This document shows positions 24,832 to 36,245 of a stretch of DNA of 64,000 nucleotides, piece after piece (positions within the stretch are counted from its first letter, which is position 1; each line of letters opens with the position of its first letter). The translations under genes and the position numbers were made by a program. This DNA comes from Parasitella parasitica NRRL 2501 (lineage: Eukaryota > Fungi > Mucoromycota). The stretch lies in NCBI GenBank assembly GCA_025201805.1, contig MU619241.1:11649-75648 (forward strand). The letters are read 5' to 3'. The notes beneath the pieces are model-generated. The model had not been told where the DNA came from, made no database searches, and saw only the letters and a list, made by a program, of their open reading frames with translations.

Positions 24832-26364
24832 TTACAATGCATGCCCTTGCGCTGATCGAAGCTCTAAATTATCTGAATTGTCCAAGACCTCAAGCACTGT
24901 ATTACTGCTAATGCCAGGTTTATAATCCTCTAAACACGAAAAGGAATGTCTAGCTTTACGAACAGGTTTGTGCTTCAAAAACTACAGGCTCGTTGTCAGT
25001 AATAGAATTACATAGCAAAANNNNNNNNNNNNNNNNNNNNAAAAAAAAACGCTCAACTTACAGCTCCTGTTGCTCCCAAGTGACCTTCATGACGAAGAAA
25101 TAACGCTTTCATGTCTCCATGTGACCAGAATTTGATAGCATAAGATAACGAATTCATAGTGATAGGATGACCTAACAAAACAATATGAGTAGGGTGTATT
25201 GGACAGCTCGACTCTAGTACTTTACCTCGAATAAAACATCCACCAAAGTAGATTCGCTTGATGCCATGTTGTTGCGCATTTAAATAAGCAATTTGTCCAA
25301 TATTGTTGCTGACCATAAATAAGAGGCTCTTTGCGATATCCCCAGACGCAAAATCATCTTTATTTTGGCGTGCTCCTTTTTTGAATACCTTACCAAAACT
25401 AGATGCTATCCGTGAAGATTTCAATCCAAGTTTACTGTAATCCGAACCGTAAATATCACCAACTAGCAAATCCACGTTCCTGTTGTCGCCATTCTTTGAT
25501 ATCTCGAGCATGTCTATGCATTTGCGTCAGACTTGTCAACAGTAACAATACGCCTATTCTTACCATCAAAAGAAGAAGCGTCCGTCAACATGGACAGTAA
25601 GCCCCAAAGTGTACCACCGCCCAGCTAATAGGCATGTCAGTATTTATGCAAACACACACGCAAGGGGATGCAACTCACCGAAGTTCCACTTATACGAGTA
25701 AAATCTTTCGGCCCTGGACCGTCTACTTTAAGAATACTGACGCCTGAGCCAATATTGACCAGCTGCATTGAGGTAAAAAAGTCAATGCAAATAGATGACA
25801 AGTTACTGCTATAATCTTACCATATAGGGGTATACATCTTTTGTCTTTTCTTCAAATCGTATAGGATCAATGTCGAGTTCGTTGTAAGTAAACACTTCAT
25901 AGGGTATCTCTGTAATAAAGAAGCTGAGGCCAGCAATCAAACACTCCATCTCGTCCTCCTTTTGGACAATTACACCGGGTAATCTAGATGCAAGTTTGTC
26001 ATAGTACAGGTGTGCTCCACCTCCGGTAGCTTTTAGCACATGCTGAATGCTGTGATGTCGAGTATCTTTGAGCAGCGCCACTATATAGTCGATGCATTCG
26101 TCCACCTTTTCGGTTTCAAACTTTTTGAAATGAAGGCGGCCACCTTTGCGATCTGCTGAAAGTGTGAAATAAATGACTTTGGCTAGCGATCCGCCAATCT
26201 AATTGCATCTAGTTTATTAGCTTCTCTAGTGTTTGCCAATTGAACAAAAGCTTTACATCAACTGCAATCTGCGAAACGTGTTCTGTTTGGTTTGGCAGGA
26301 CGATATCTCTTGTTTCGTGGGCAGCATAGAAGGCCTCGGAAACACTGGCTCCTACAACATTCAT
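24832..26364 (-). CDS. CAB1: Type II pantothenate kinase (Fumble family)
   Basis: Motifs AVD/IGGSLAK, GGRLHFKKFET, ATGGGAH, EDEMECLIAGL, LVNIGSGVSILKV, GGGTLWGLL, VDLLVGDIYG, SNNIGQIAYL and FLRHEGHLGA. The last intron contains an N gap. Confidence 0.92.
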
Positions 26365-26899
26365 TGAATTCGAAATATAATATCAAGAAAGAAAGAAGAT
26401 GAGGGAACGTTGCAAAAGCCTTATATACTTTATTTGATCGGAGCCGAGTTGTGTGGTTTCCCAAAGAAAAAAGACGGGCAATCTCTATTTGTCATGACAA
26501 CAACTTGGAGATCTGATACTCAAATTCAACGTTTTGGGGCTACATGTTGAAACTCGGGCTGACGATTTTGTTTCATACATCTACAGAACAAACAATCTAG
26601 CAACTTATGAATTACAGTATGTGACAATGTCATCCTGTACCCCTGTACTATATACCCAAATTTTCTGCAAAAAAGTAGTACCGCATTCGGAGCCATGGGA
26701 AATAAACTGTTATTGTGTGAGAGAACAAAAGGAACTGGGATTACCTAATTGGATTTGCTTCCTAATCTTATCTATCGATAGAAGGAAATGCTTCTAAATA
26801 TCAACATTGTTCAGCTATAAAGTAATAGATGAACAATAAAACCCCCACTGTTACTCTATCAGGTATCATGATTGCTATTTTTTGTTGGTTTTTATTACT

Positions 26900-27483
26900 T
26901 TCAATCTTCATTTTAAAATCACGAATGAATGAATTACTGTTGTATTCAAAATCAATATTCTTTACTTTGAGCGTCGTTGGTTTAATCAGATCCACAATTA
27001 CTTCAGGAAGTGCGCTTAATGGTCCAAGTATGACTTGTCCTGCTGCACAGTATTTTCAACATTTGGGAGTTATAATACTTAAGTATCCACCCTTACACAC
27101 CACAAGATGAGCATAAAACACTCACCTACATTATTTTTCTGGACTTCTGGTCGGGTAGGGTCACCGGAACAATTGCATTTGGTTATTTAACCAAATAATA
27201 CAGTAGGCTTCATCACGTAAGCATTATGTGTTGTGTATGAATTCACTTGTCTTCCACAAAAGCAACTTTTGTTGGAGTTGCCGTATTTAGACTGTTGCAT
27301 CTGGAACGATTCATGCCACAAACAATTAATGCGTCTGGTTCGTGCGTGCCTTTTCCCTCCGCAAGCATCACAAATCAAGGTAGGTGTTAATGGCGTTGGA
27401 TCAATACCATTTCCTAAACTCATCGTGTAATTACGATGAGGAGATCTTTTCAAGTGGTCCTCTATTCCACAGAAACGTGACAT
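26900..27483 (-). mobile_element. Helitron Rep/helicase N-terminal remnant (pseudogenised)
   Basis: The frameshifted, stop-containing translation PEVQKNNVG..CSSCGV*GWI..PKC*KYCAAGQVILGPLSALPEVIVDLI...EYNS resembles the Helitron N-terminal Cys-rich region (C..C...MW...CC..G...L..L...P...LL...YNS). Upstream are small CxxC/H repeats such as CDACGGKRHAR. Confidence 0.65.
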
Positions 27484-28721
27484 ATATCACAATATGAAGC
27501 AGTAGGCAGACTCACAACACTTGTATTAATTGAGTTTATCATGCCACTCAATCTGCGTGTGTTCTACTGGTATGGCCTATCTTTGACATGAAATTATTGC
27601 TGTATCCAATAGAAAACAATAAATTACCTCTATTTCACTTCCGTTGTCATGGCAACCGTTCCTGGATCGCACCTAAGGTTCAATATCGTGGGTAGAATAT
27701 CAATATAGCCGTTTAAGATTTGAGGTATACAAAGCTGAACATGTTTATTTTTATGATATAGCAATAAAAAAAGTTTAACATTTATATTTGGTATTGCCAT
27801 CATTAACTTCAATAATAGCCTTGCATCGAGAGCTCATACTTCCGACTAAAGTCTCCACAAATAAATGAGGTATTGCATACCACTCATTGCAAATATAGGT
27901 CTCCAACTGATCTATATTCTCCAATTCATATCTACGGCTCTCTATTCGCTTTCAAAATAAGCCCAGACATATTCAATGAGGTTAAGGTCTTGACTTTTGA
28001 GGTGGTTAGAAATCGAACCCTTAAATTTGATGTCTCTGCTTTCATCAGGTTGCATACTTTCGAGTATGACAAGAGGCTCCGTCTTCTTGGAATATAAATT
28101 CCTTGGAATGTTCAACACTCAAGTTCTGCGACCATGGAAGGAAGCGTTCGGACAAACAGTTGACATAAGCGTCGTGATTGACACTTACTTTTATGGTTAC
28201 AATAAGACTCAAACCCCAAGCCCAGAAGCAACACTAAATCATTACTGAACCGTTCCCAAACTTTACAATCCTTCGAAAATGATTTGGAGAGAACTTTTTG
28301 ACTTTTTTGAATCACTCGGACCCTTGCATCGCTGCCATTAATCAAATATAAATAAAGCCATTCTCTATTATTATAAGCTACATAGTAGGTATTGGACACA
28401 AAACTTTTCTGCTTCTAAAATAATCATAGACCCGAGATCAAGCCTGGAAAACATACGAGGTGCTATTTGATAATGCAAAACATTCGTATTGACGGAAAAT
28501 GCATATTTATATAAAGCCGACATCGGAAACACAATGATGTAAAGGATGTAAAGGATGTAAAAACGCCTATTAACTACTTGATTCCACAACAAAGTAAAGG
28601 CTTGTTTAGATTTGGCTATCAATGCAACAGATACCACTGGGTGATCTGGTGTAGTTTTTGCGTTTAAACAGTCATCGAAAAAAAAAATTGCCAATCCTTT
28701 GTTTCTCTTGATAATAAGCAC

Positions 28722-30389
28722 ATGATTACACCCACCTTCAAAGTTGATCAGGATAATGATTCTGTCAGTATTACAATCAACACACCCTACGTTAGAGTAA
28801 GTAAAATCAGGCAGTTTGATGGACAGATTTATTTAAAAAGTAGGGTTTAGGCTCAGGATGTTGATCTTCATGTAGAAGGCAGCGAATTTCGATTCTACTT
28901 GCGACCATACTTTCTGAGGTACATATTTGCAGAATAAATTATTACAAATGAAAATATTGACAGTATATGAATAGATTACATCTCCCAGGAAATATTATTG
29001 AAGATGACAACTCAAAAGCTGTATATGACCCATCAGCGGGTCAATTCAACATTCAAGTAGCCAAAGAAACCAAGGGCCAACATTTTCCTGATCTGGATTT
29101 ACTCACTAAACTTTTGGCAAGAACAGGCGAAAAAAACAGTAATGAGCCCAAGAAACCCTTGATCGAAGTAATTGGAAGTGATGAACAAAAAAAAGCAACC
29201 TTGAATGATGATGAAATCCAAGATGCTATTGATTTCAATTGGGAATTACCTCAGAAAGTGCCCTTTGCGGAGGACCAGCTTTCCATCGCAACGCAATACG
29301 GGTTCAATGATCAGTATAATGGCTATTTCACACATATCCACGAAACTATGAATGAAATAAGCGAAATCAGCGAACCTGAGAAATCAACAATAAAAAGTCG
29401 ACGTGAAGAAAGGATTGCATCCGAAAATGCTCGGTTTGATGAAGATTATTACTGTATGGATTTTGTCAATAATGAAGCAATCCAAGAATTGTGCAAGTTT
29501 AAAACTATTTACGCAAAAGAATTGAAGCGTGTACAGGCGAATCAAAAAAGTGGCCAAGTAAACAGTAAAGTAACAATAAATTTAACATGCATGATTTTTG
29601 GCTAATCAGTTTTGTTTGTCAGAGTCTATGATCCAGGAAATTGGCCCTGTTGATACGACTGGAGACCTCGAAATGGATAAATTATCGATTAACGATACAA
29701 AGGATACACTTTTAAAATTCACTAGTAAAGAGGAGGCAGCCATGCGCAGTTTACCCAACAAGGAATACCTGTTATCCTATGAAAAAGGCACATATCTTGG
29801 ACTAGTGGATCTCATGTTTGCATACTCGTACAATTATCGCGTTACTGAAGGCGACAATAACGTGGAGTCCGCATGGTGTATTGGTAGAATTAGTCCTACG
29901 CTGTCATCCTTGGAGCAATTTACAGTGATTAAGGATGTTTTAATATCATCTTATAGAAGAGCATTGACGTACCCGTTGTACAGAAGTCTGCACTTATGCG
30001 AAAAAGTGCTTTCAGATGTTTATATATTATTTAAACTTGGAAAAAGAGCCATCCTGAAAGCTTTATTAGACATGAAAGATATTTTCGATCATCATGATGT
30101 ATATTATGTATACAGCAAAATATTTCTAGATGACTATTGCGTATGGATCCAGCATGCAAAGTTAGTATTGCCTATAGATTGATGTTTGGCAGTATGCTGA
30201 CGTTGCAATGGTAGTGACAATGTGTTTAGAACTTTGGCACACGAACTTCATCATTTCAAAGTAGAGAAAAATGAATTAGGATGGAATTTAGAGGAACTAG
30301 AAGAAATCGCAGAGCAAATGAGAGATATGGAAGGAGACACGAATCAAGATAACGAACAGGATATACAAAGAGCACAGATGATTCTTTGA
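28722..30389 (+). CDS. SHQ1: H/ACA snoRNP assembly factor Shq1 (CS domain + SHQ1 domain), 5 exons
   Basis: MITPTFKVDQD...PYFLRLHLPG, KETKGQHFPDLDLLTKLL, YGFNDQYNGYF, LVDLMFAYSYNYRVTEGDNNVESAWCI and RRALTYPLYR. Confidence 0.93.
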
Positions 30390-30402
30390 ATAAAAAGTAT
30401 TT

Positions 30403-32136
30403 TCACACAGCAGAAGGCTCGGGAGGTGATGGTGGGGGCGATAATGTATCTGAAGAGCCAATGCGAAGGGGTGACAATGGGAGTTTGGAATCCTGAGCTG
30501 CTGTAGTAACTGATGGCGTACAAGCGTTTGTTGCTGGCTTTCTTGCCGTGTAAGATAGCCAGTTAATGCAGGAATGATACGAATCGACTTCGACATCCAT
30601 AATTTCAGTGATAATATCGTTCATTTCTTTCATTCCAACGTTGTTTAACTGGCAAAGCCACTTGGAAAGCACTCGTATTCGTCTTTCAATGAGGTCTTTA
30701 AACAAGTAGCCTGTTTCACGTAAATCTAGATGTATAGTTTTCGTCAGAATTAGTATGCTGTGGATATACGTGAGGCTTACTCTCAGTAGAGCACCATTCT
30801 CCTAATGGCAAAACCACAGCGTCTTTATTGATATCGTCAAAGCCTGCACGGACCAAATGAGCTCCTAATTTAGTTGCAATATTTCGATCTACCTCTAACT
30901 CATCGAAAAAGACATCAAACCATTTATGTAGTTTCTTGCCACAAGGGCCATCCGATTGGATGGTGAGTGCTACAAGTATGTATAAAAAAGTATGAGTTGC
31001 GCAATCATTTATACAATGTATCCATAGTGTGCACTACATACAGTGCTCTTCTATTTCAATCCAACCTCCTGGCTTTAATATACGGAAAATAGCCTTCAGT
31101 ATATTGTCCCATTTCCAAACAGGTGCATTAATCAGCCATGTGTCTCTAAGAATGACAAAATCAACAGAATCGTCTTGGAATGACTCTAGACCTGTGTATG
31201 CATCGTGAATAACAGCAAACCTAAACTCTAAATTAGGTATTCCATGTTGCAAGCTTGAGAGAGTTGCTGCTTTATAATCTACACCGATGATTTTTGCTCT
31301 AGGAAATAGTGCTGCCATTTCCATGTCCCATAAACCTATACCGCAACACCAGTGGACAATGATGGCAGGGTTCTTTAGATCTGCGCGATATATGTTTTGC
31401 CAAATTCGCTTCAGTAAATAGTGCTAAATAAACGAGCTGTTGGTTTCTGATTGTGGAAATGGAATCAGCGAAAACTTACTAGCCTTTGTTGTCTGTCTTT
31501 TTCTTTTCGACGATCAGCTTCACTACTAGGCTGGATAAAGAGATTGAGCATGACCTCTTGGCTCGTCACTTTTTTACGTATGGCAGATTTACCACCACTT
31601 TGCAGCCACTCACTGCATTGCAAAGAATCTCCATTTTGAGCCGCTATGGATGAGCTTGATGATGATTCGGGAGGCGATGATGACGGATAGATGACTAATG
31701 CATTGCTGACATGAACAGTACTGTCAGCATCGTCATAAAGGCTTTTTCTGCTCGTCTCTGGACGTTGAGATATTATGCATGGCAGAGCAGAAAAATGCTG
31801 CAGCAGCATCGCAGCCTTTTCTTGCTCATACCGCTCATTTACCTTCATAGCAACGGCATTTATGACTGTATTGTCATGATCTATTAGCATGTTGTATGTT
31901 TTGTAATTCCCAGCACCAGGTGCTAATGTGGAACTGGCGTGCGACTTGTCCTTCTCTAGCTTAACCGACGATGCTCTATTATTTTGACACTTTTTCTTAT
32001 GCATAAACATATTCTTGTTGAATAGATTTCCGGAAGCGGAAGAGTCTCCTGACGTTGTCGAGTATACCTGGTTATCATGTTCATTTTCTCTCAACGATTT
32101 TTTTGGTTTATTCAGTTTTGAAGTGTTTGCACCCAT
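30403..32136 (-). CDS. LaeA-like class I SAM-dependent methyltransferase-fold protein with a degenerate motif I and a long N-terminal extension, 4 exons
   Basis: EKDRQQRL/HYLLKRIW, IIVHWCCGIGLWDMEMAALFPRAKIIGVD, FQDDSVDFV, WDNILKAIFRILKPGGWIEIEE, LVRAGF, LPLGEW and YTARKP. Confidence 0.8.
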
Positions 32137-32193
32137 TTTGCAAGAAAAATCAAGAAAGGAAATGTATGGATAAATCTATTATTTCGGGAAATT

Positions 32194-32920
32194 TCAGCTT
32201 CTTTTTGATCTGTTGCTTTTTTTCTTGCCAGACTCTTCTTGTTGCCATTTCATTCTTCTATCCTCAAGTGTCCTATTAACAAGAAATAAATAAACTGAAG
32301 GCCAGCATGAATCTGGCTTTCTTACTTGGCCATCTGTGCTTCCAATTCTTGCTGGATGTGGGGCAGTTTAGGCATTCCGTTCCGCACTCGAATTTCGTTG
32401 ACTTGATCTACAACAAAACAATCGCATTAATTGATTCGCTAGTATGCTCTATATGTCGTATTATTTACCGTGCAATGGCTCGTATTGTTCCGTCTTTATC
32501 TTGTTGACAGACCTTTCAAGGTCTTCACTTTCTTTTGCTAATGATTGCTCAACTTCTGCTATCTTTTTATCAACCATGTAAATTAATACCCTCAATCAAA
32601 GAATTTTAAAAAGCTAGTTTACCGAGTTTAAATCTCGAGTTATATTCTGTAACATCTCTTGCAACAGTTTTCTTTCTCGTTGAAGTTTTTGTTTCTCTGT
32701 ATTTGTCTCTTCTAGCAGGTTTTTTTTGGCTTCAAGCACTTCGGTTTTGGACAATAATGTGGCTTTACAGTCGACAAGCGCTTGCGTCTTGCTCCTGAAC
32801 TCTCTCATTTAGACCACAAGCCGATGTTAGGTTAACTTTACGCTACCTTAATAGATCCAAGGAATTCGACTGGGATTTGATGACATTAAAGTCTAGTTCT
32901 GCGCTACTCATAGAGCTCAT
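32194..32920 (-). CDS. ZC4H2: ZC4H2 (HCA127)-like coiled-coil protein lacking the C-terminal C4H2 finger, 5 exons
   Basis: The spliced product ...RSKTQALVDCKATL...LQRERKLLQEMLQNITRDLNSIAEV...EQYEPLHDQVNEIRVRNGMPKLPHIQQE...EDRRMKWQQE aligns by eye with the ZC4H2 coiled coil as I recall it (IRNKT..[41 protein letters not shown]). Confidence 0.72.
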
Positions 32921-33081
32921 CTTTTGTTAAAACTGATTGAAGAAGGAAAGACAGTGCATCCTCTCTGCATTTGAAGACCTGCTTCGGTGACTGGTTGTCC
33001 CTTCGCTCAAGTGTTTGTGGGGGGACCCTCACAACTGTTTTCTCTTCCTGATTACATATAGAACATCTTATTGCTCCCAAT

Positions 33082-33482
33082 ATGCTTCGTGCTTTAGGTA
33101 TTGCAACGTAGGAGGGCAGCAAGAAATGTACAATTAAACAATCAAATTCTCAAATAGTCAGTTCCACATCTGCTTTGTTCATAAAGCCTTTAGCTCCTTT
33201 GGGTCAGTCTTCCAGAGGCATGGCTAACAAATTGAAATCCCATTCTGGTGCAAAGAAAAGGTACAGTGTAATATCATTATCGATGCAATTGAAAAGTTGA
33301 TCATATTTTTTAGGTTTTTCCCTACAGCTAATGGTAATTACAAGCGTTGGCAAGTCGGTCTTCGTCATTTGAACTCTGGCTTTTCTCCAGAGCGAACAAA
33401 CAGACTGTCAAGAACAGTTTTCGTCGACAACACCCAGAAAAAAATGCTTAGAAAAGCATTGCCTTACTCTTGCTCAAAATAG
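33082..33482 (+). CDS. MRPL35: Mitochondrial ribosomal protein bL35m (rpmI homolog; human symbol MRPL35, yeast MRP35), 3 exons
   Basis: Presequence-like MLRALVSSTSALFIKPLAPLGQSSRGMAN is followed by KLKSHSGAKKRFFPTANGNYKRWQVGLRHLN...KMLRKALPY, the L35 signature. Confidence 0.88.
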
Positions 33483-34467
33483 ACGATCGATAATATGCTG
33501 ATATAAATGTAAATAGCAATATTAAAGAAGGTGTGCATCTTAATACTTATTGAAATGTTGGCATAGTATTGAACAATAGCATCTGTGTATCTTGATTACT
33601 CTATTGTTTGAGGCAATCAGTCATATTTTATCGGGATGCATTTCTCAATAATTCAATAAAAGAATATATATACCAATATACAGTCGACACTAATAAATGC
33701 ACTAAAACGAAATTTACTTTTTTTCAAACAGACGAAATTTGCCAGCTCGATTTGTAAATGCCAATATATCTGTTCGACGACGGGAGGCGTGGTGCCCGTC
33801 TCTTCCCCACAACATCAAATTTGACCAACATTTGTGATCCTGACGTAGTAGGTTGTACAAAAATTTGGATAACAACAATATAAGCTTTACACGTTTAGTG
33901 ATTAAGAAGTTTTAAAAATAAGGCATGCATGTTTATAGCACTATCTCACCTTTATCGACCAAGCACATGTGATATTATATATTAAGCTTGGTGACCATGC
34001 CTTTTTTCGCAACTTTTATCGATAGTATTGCACATTACATATAGAGGGAGGATTAAGTGCTTGAACCCCGATCAATCTTAAAAATTAGGATCGGATCCCT
34101 ACGCTAAACATTTGCAGAAAAGGAAAAAGCTAATAAGAGATAAAGAGCTTCTGCTATATGCCGCTTTAAATATATAAATGCAAATGACTGAATCTGTAGT
34201 TTTTGACACAGTAGACAGAAAATATGTTGTCGATAGTAGTTATTTTACACGGATCCTTTTTTTTTTTTTTTTTTTTTTNNNNNNNNNNCGAGAATTCTTG
34301 GTTAGGCTAAAGCGAGCAATCATATAAAACGGAGTTTTTCCATCATTATCTATCTGAGCAAGTTTAGATGCCATACAAATAGTATAAAAGGGATACCCTT
34401 TTGAATATATTTTGGAATGATACCATATTTGCTTTCTTCATGCATTTATAGTCAATCAAGCGAGAAA

Positions 34468-35119
34468 ATGGATCATTTACTCCCAACTGAAATCATAACA
34501 AACATCCTTGGTTACATGTCAATCACTGACTTGGTTTGTATTGAGAGAGTCTGTCGCTCATTCCAGTCATTTTCTTTGTGTGAAATCGAAAAACGCATTA
34601 TTAAATCCAATGATGAGTGGGGGGTTTTGGTAAATTGCATGCATTAATCTTCTGATCAGCCACTAACCAAGCATGTAGATACACTTGAGCCAAGTGTGCG
34701 CAAAGCCAACCAGGTTCGACACTACAACAAAGAAAGCCTATTATTCGATACTGATGGATCCTGTGAAAGTAAAGACCATGTTTGATCATCGTCGTCCCAT
34801 CCATTGTTCTCTACTTCGCAAAAGGACTCCAAGATTCCAATCATATAATCAAAATGGGTTTATCATCACAGTGGAAAAAGGAATGGGGGAAGGCAAAACA
34901 TTGCAGTTGGATGTCAAAAATGAAGTCTGTCAAGTTCATGCTGCTCTTACCAGGTTACCATCTTCCTTCAGCACCACTTTAGATTCATCATTGCGCGATG
35001 ATCAAGCACAGAAACAGGAAATATTGCCAGCAACAACCAAGATAATGGCCCCTCTCCCTTTAATATATACCCTTCAAATCACTGAATTAAGCTTGCCATT
35101 ATCTACTATTGCTGCATAG
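34468..35119 (+). CDS. Small F-box protein, 2 exons
   Basis: N-terminal F-box LLPTEIITNILGYMSITDLVCIERVCRSF. A GT-AG intron at about 34630-34677 joins it in frame to the 34685-35119 ORF. Confidence 0.75.
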
Positions 35120-35505
35120 ATAATAAATATGTGGCAGTTGGTCCTTTTTTAGAAACCCTTTAGGGTTACCATGACGATTTCGTATAACTTGTGTATAGTA
35201 TAAAGTATATCAGCTCTTTAAGGTGTTTACCATAAATGTATTGCTTGGTTTAATACGATCAGGTGTCACTCATTTCCACCCGTAAAAACTTTCTTTGCTT
35301 GCTTCTTGGGCCCCATCCTTCCAATAGACACTATTTAGCATTCAGTACACTGTTGAGCTACGGTATGCATCTGGTTAAAACTGCGACAGCTAAAATCTGG
35401 ACACTTACGTGTATTGTCTTGCGGTTGCTTTTCAACACTTGCAATCATGTCTAGTTATTTTGGTATGTAGTATAATCGTAATTAATTCAGTCATTGTTTG
35501 TAGTG

Positions 35506-36245
35506 ATGCCCTCTTTAGATGAACTTGGGATTAGCTCTACTCAGAACAAAAAGAAGACGTACGATGTCGAGTTGGGTGCATTCATGGACCCTGACTCTGG
35601 ATCAATTCTATCGCCAGACTCAAGCAGAAATAGAGGAGATTCTACGGCCAATGTGCAGCAATTGATACACGCAGCCAAGTAAAAGTGGTGTATATGCATA
35701 AGACGCTTTCTTTCTTACAATACATATATGATCTTAGTTTCTTCAGTCAATTCCGAGAACAGATGCAAGCAGGAGGTGATGCTGACCAAGAGCACTTTTT
35801 GGATAACCTAGTATCACAGCTATTGGAGGAATCCCAAGGCAATGCAAAAGGGCCGCCACCAGCATCGAGACGGTTTATCGATACGTTACCCACTGTCAAG
35901 CAGAATACATTGGATAGGTAAGTCGCATCAGAAAGAAAAGAAGCTAGGTTAGTAATCTTTCTAGCTATTAGTGAGGAAACCTGTATTATTTGTAAAGACG
36001 GCTTGAAATTTAACGAGAGCTCGGTAACACGAATGCCATGGTGAGTTGCTGTTGCACACATTACATGATTATTTACTGTTTCAAAGCACTCACTACTGTT
36101 TAGTGGGCATTTGTTTGATCGTGAATGTATTGTGCCTTGGCTGGAGCTGCATCATACATGTCCCATGTGTCGATTTGAAGTAGAAACAGACGAGATGGCA
36201 AAGCAGCAAGAGGAAGAGGAGCAGAGAGGCTGGATGTATGGATAA
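35506..36245 (+). CDS. RING-type E3 ubiquitin ligase, RNF181-like, 4 exons
   Basis: [14 protein letters not shown] precedes the [39 protein letters not shown]. The C-terminus is ..RGWMYG. Confidence 0.85.

Noticed and set aside
25021-25040. N runs here and at 34279-34288
   Set aside because: These are assembly gaps next to homopolymers and have no biological meaning.
32137-32196. ZC4H2-like stop is in frame with the methyltransferase ATG (19 codons apart), suggesting a readthrough fusion
   Set aside because: Two further in-frame stops (TAA TAG) follow within six codons.
32904-33122. 72-aa ORF with CSIC upstream of ZC4H2 as a displaced zinc finger
   Set aside because: It has a non-ATG start, overlaps the bL35m first exon and the shared promoter, has only one Cys pair and is not in frame with ZC4H2.
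33778-33800. GACGGG...CCCGTC hairpin as a possible Helitron 3' end
   Set aside because: There is no CTRR terminus at the expected distance, and a 6-bp stem is within chance.
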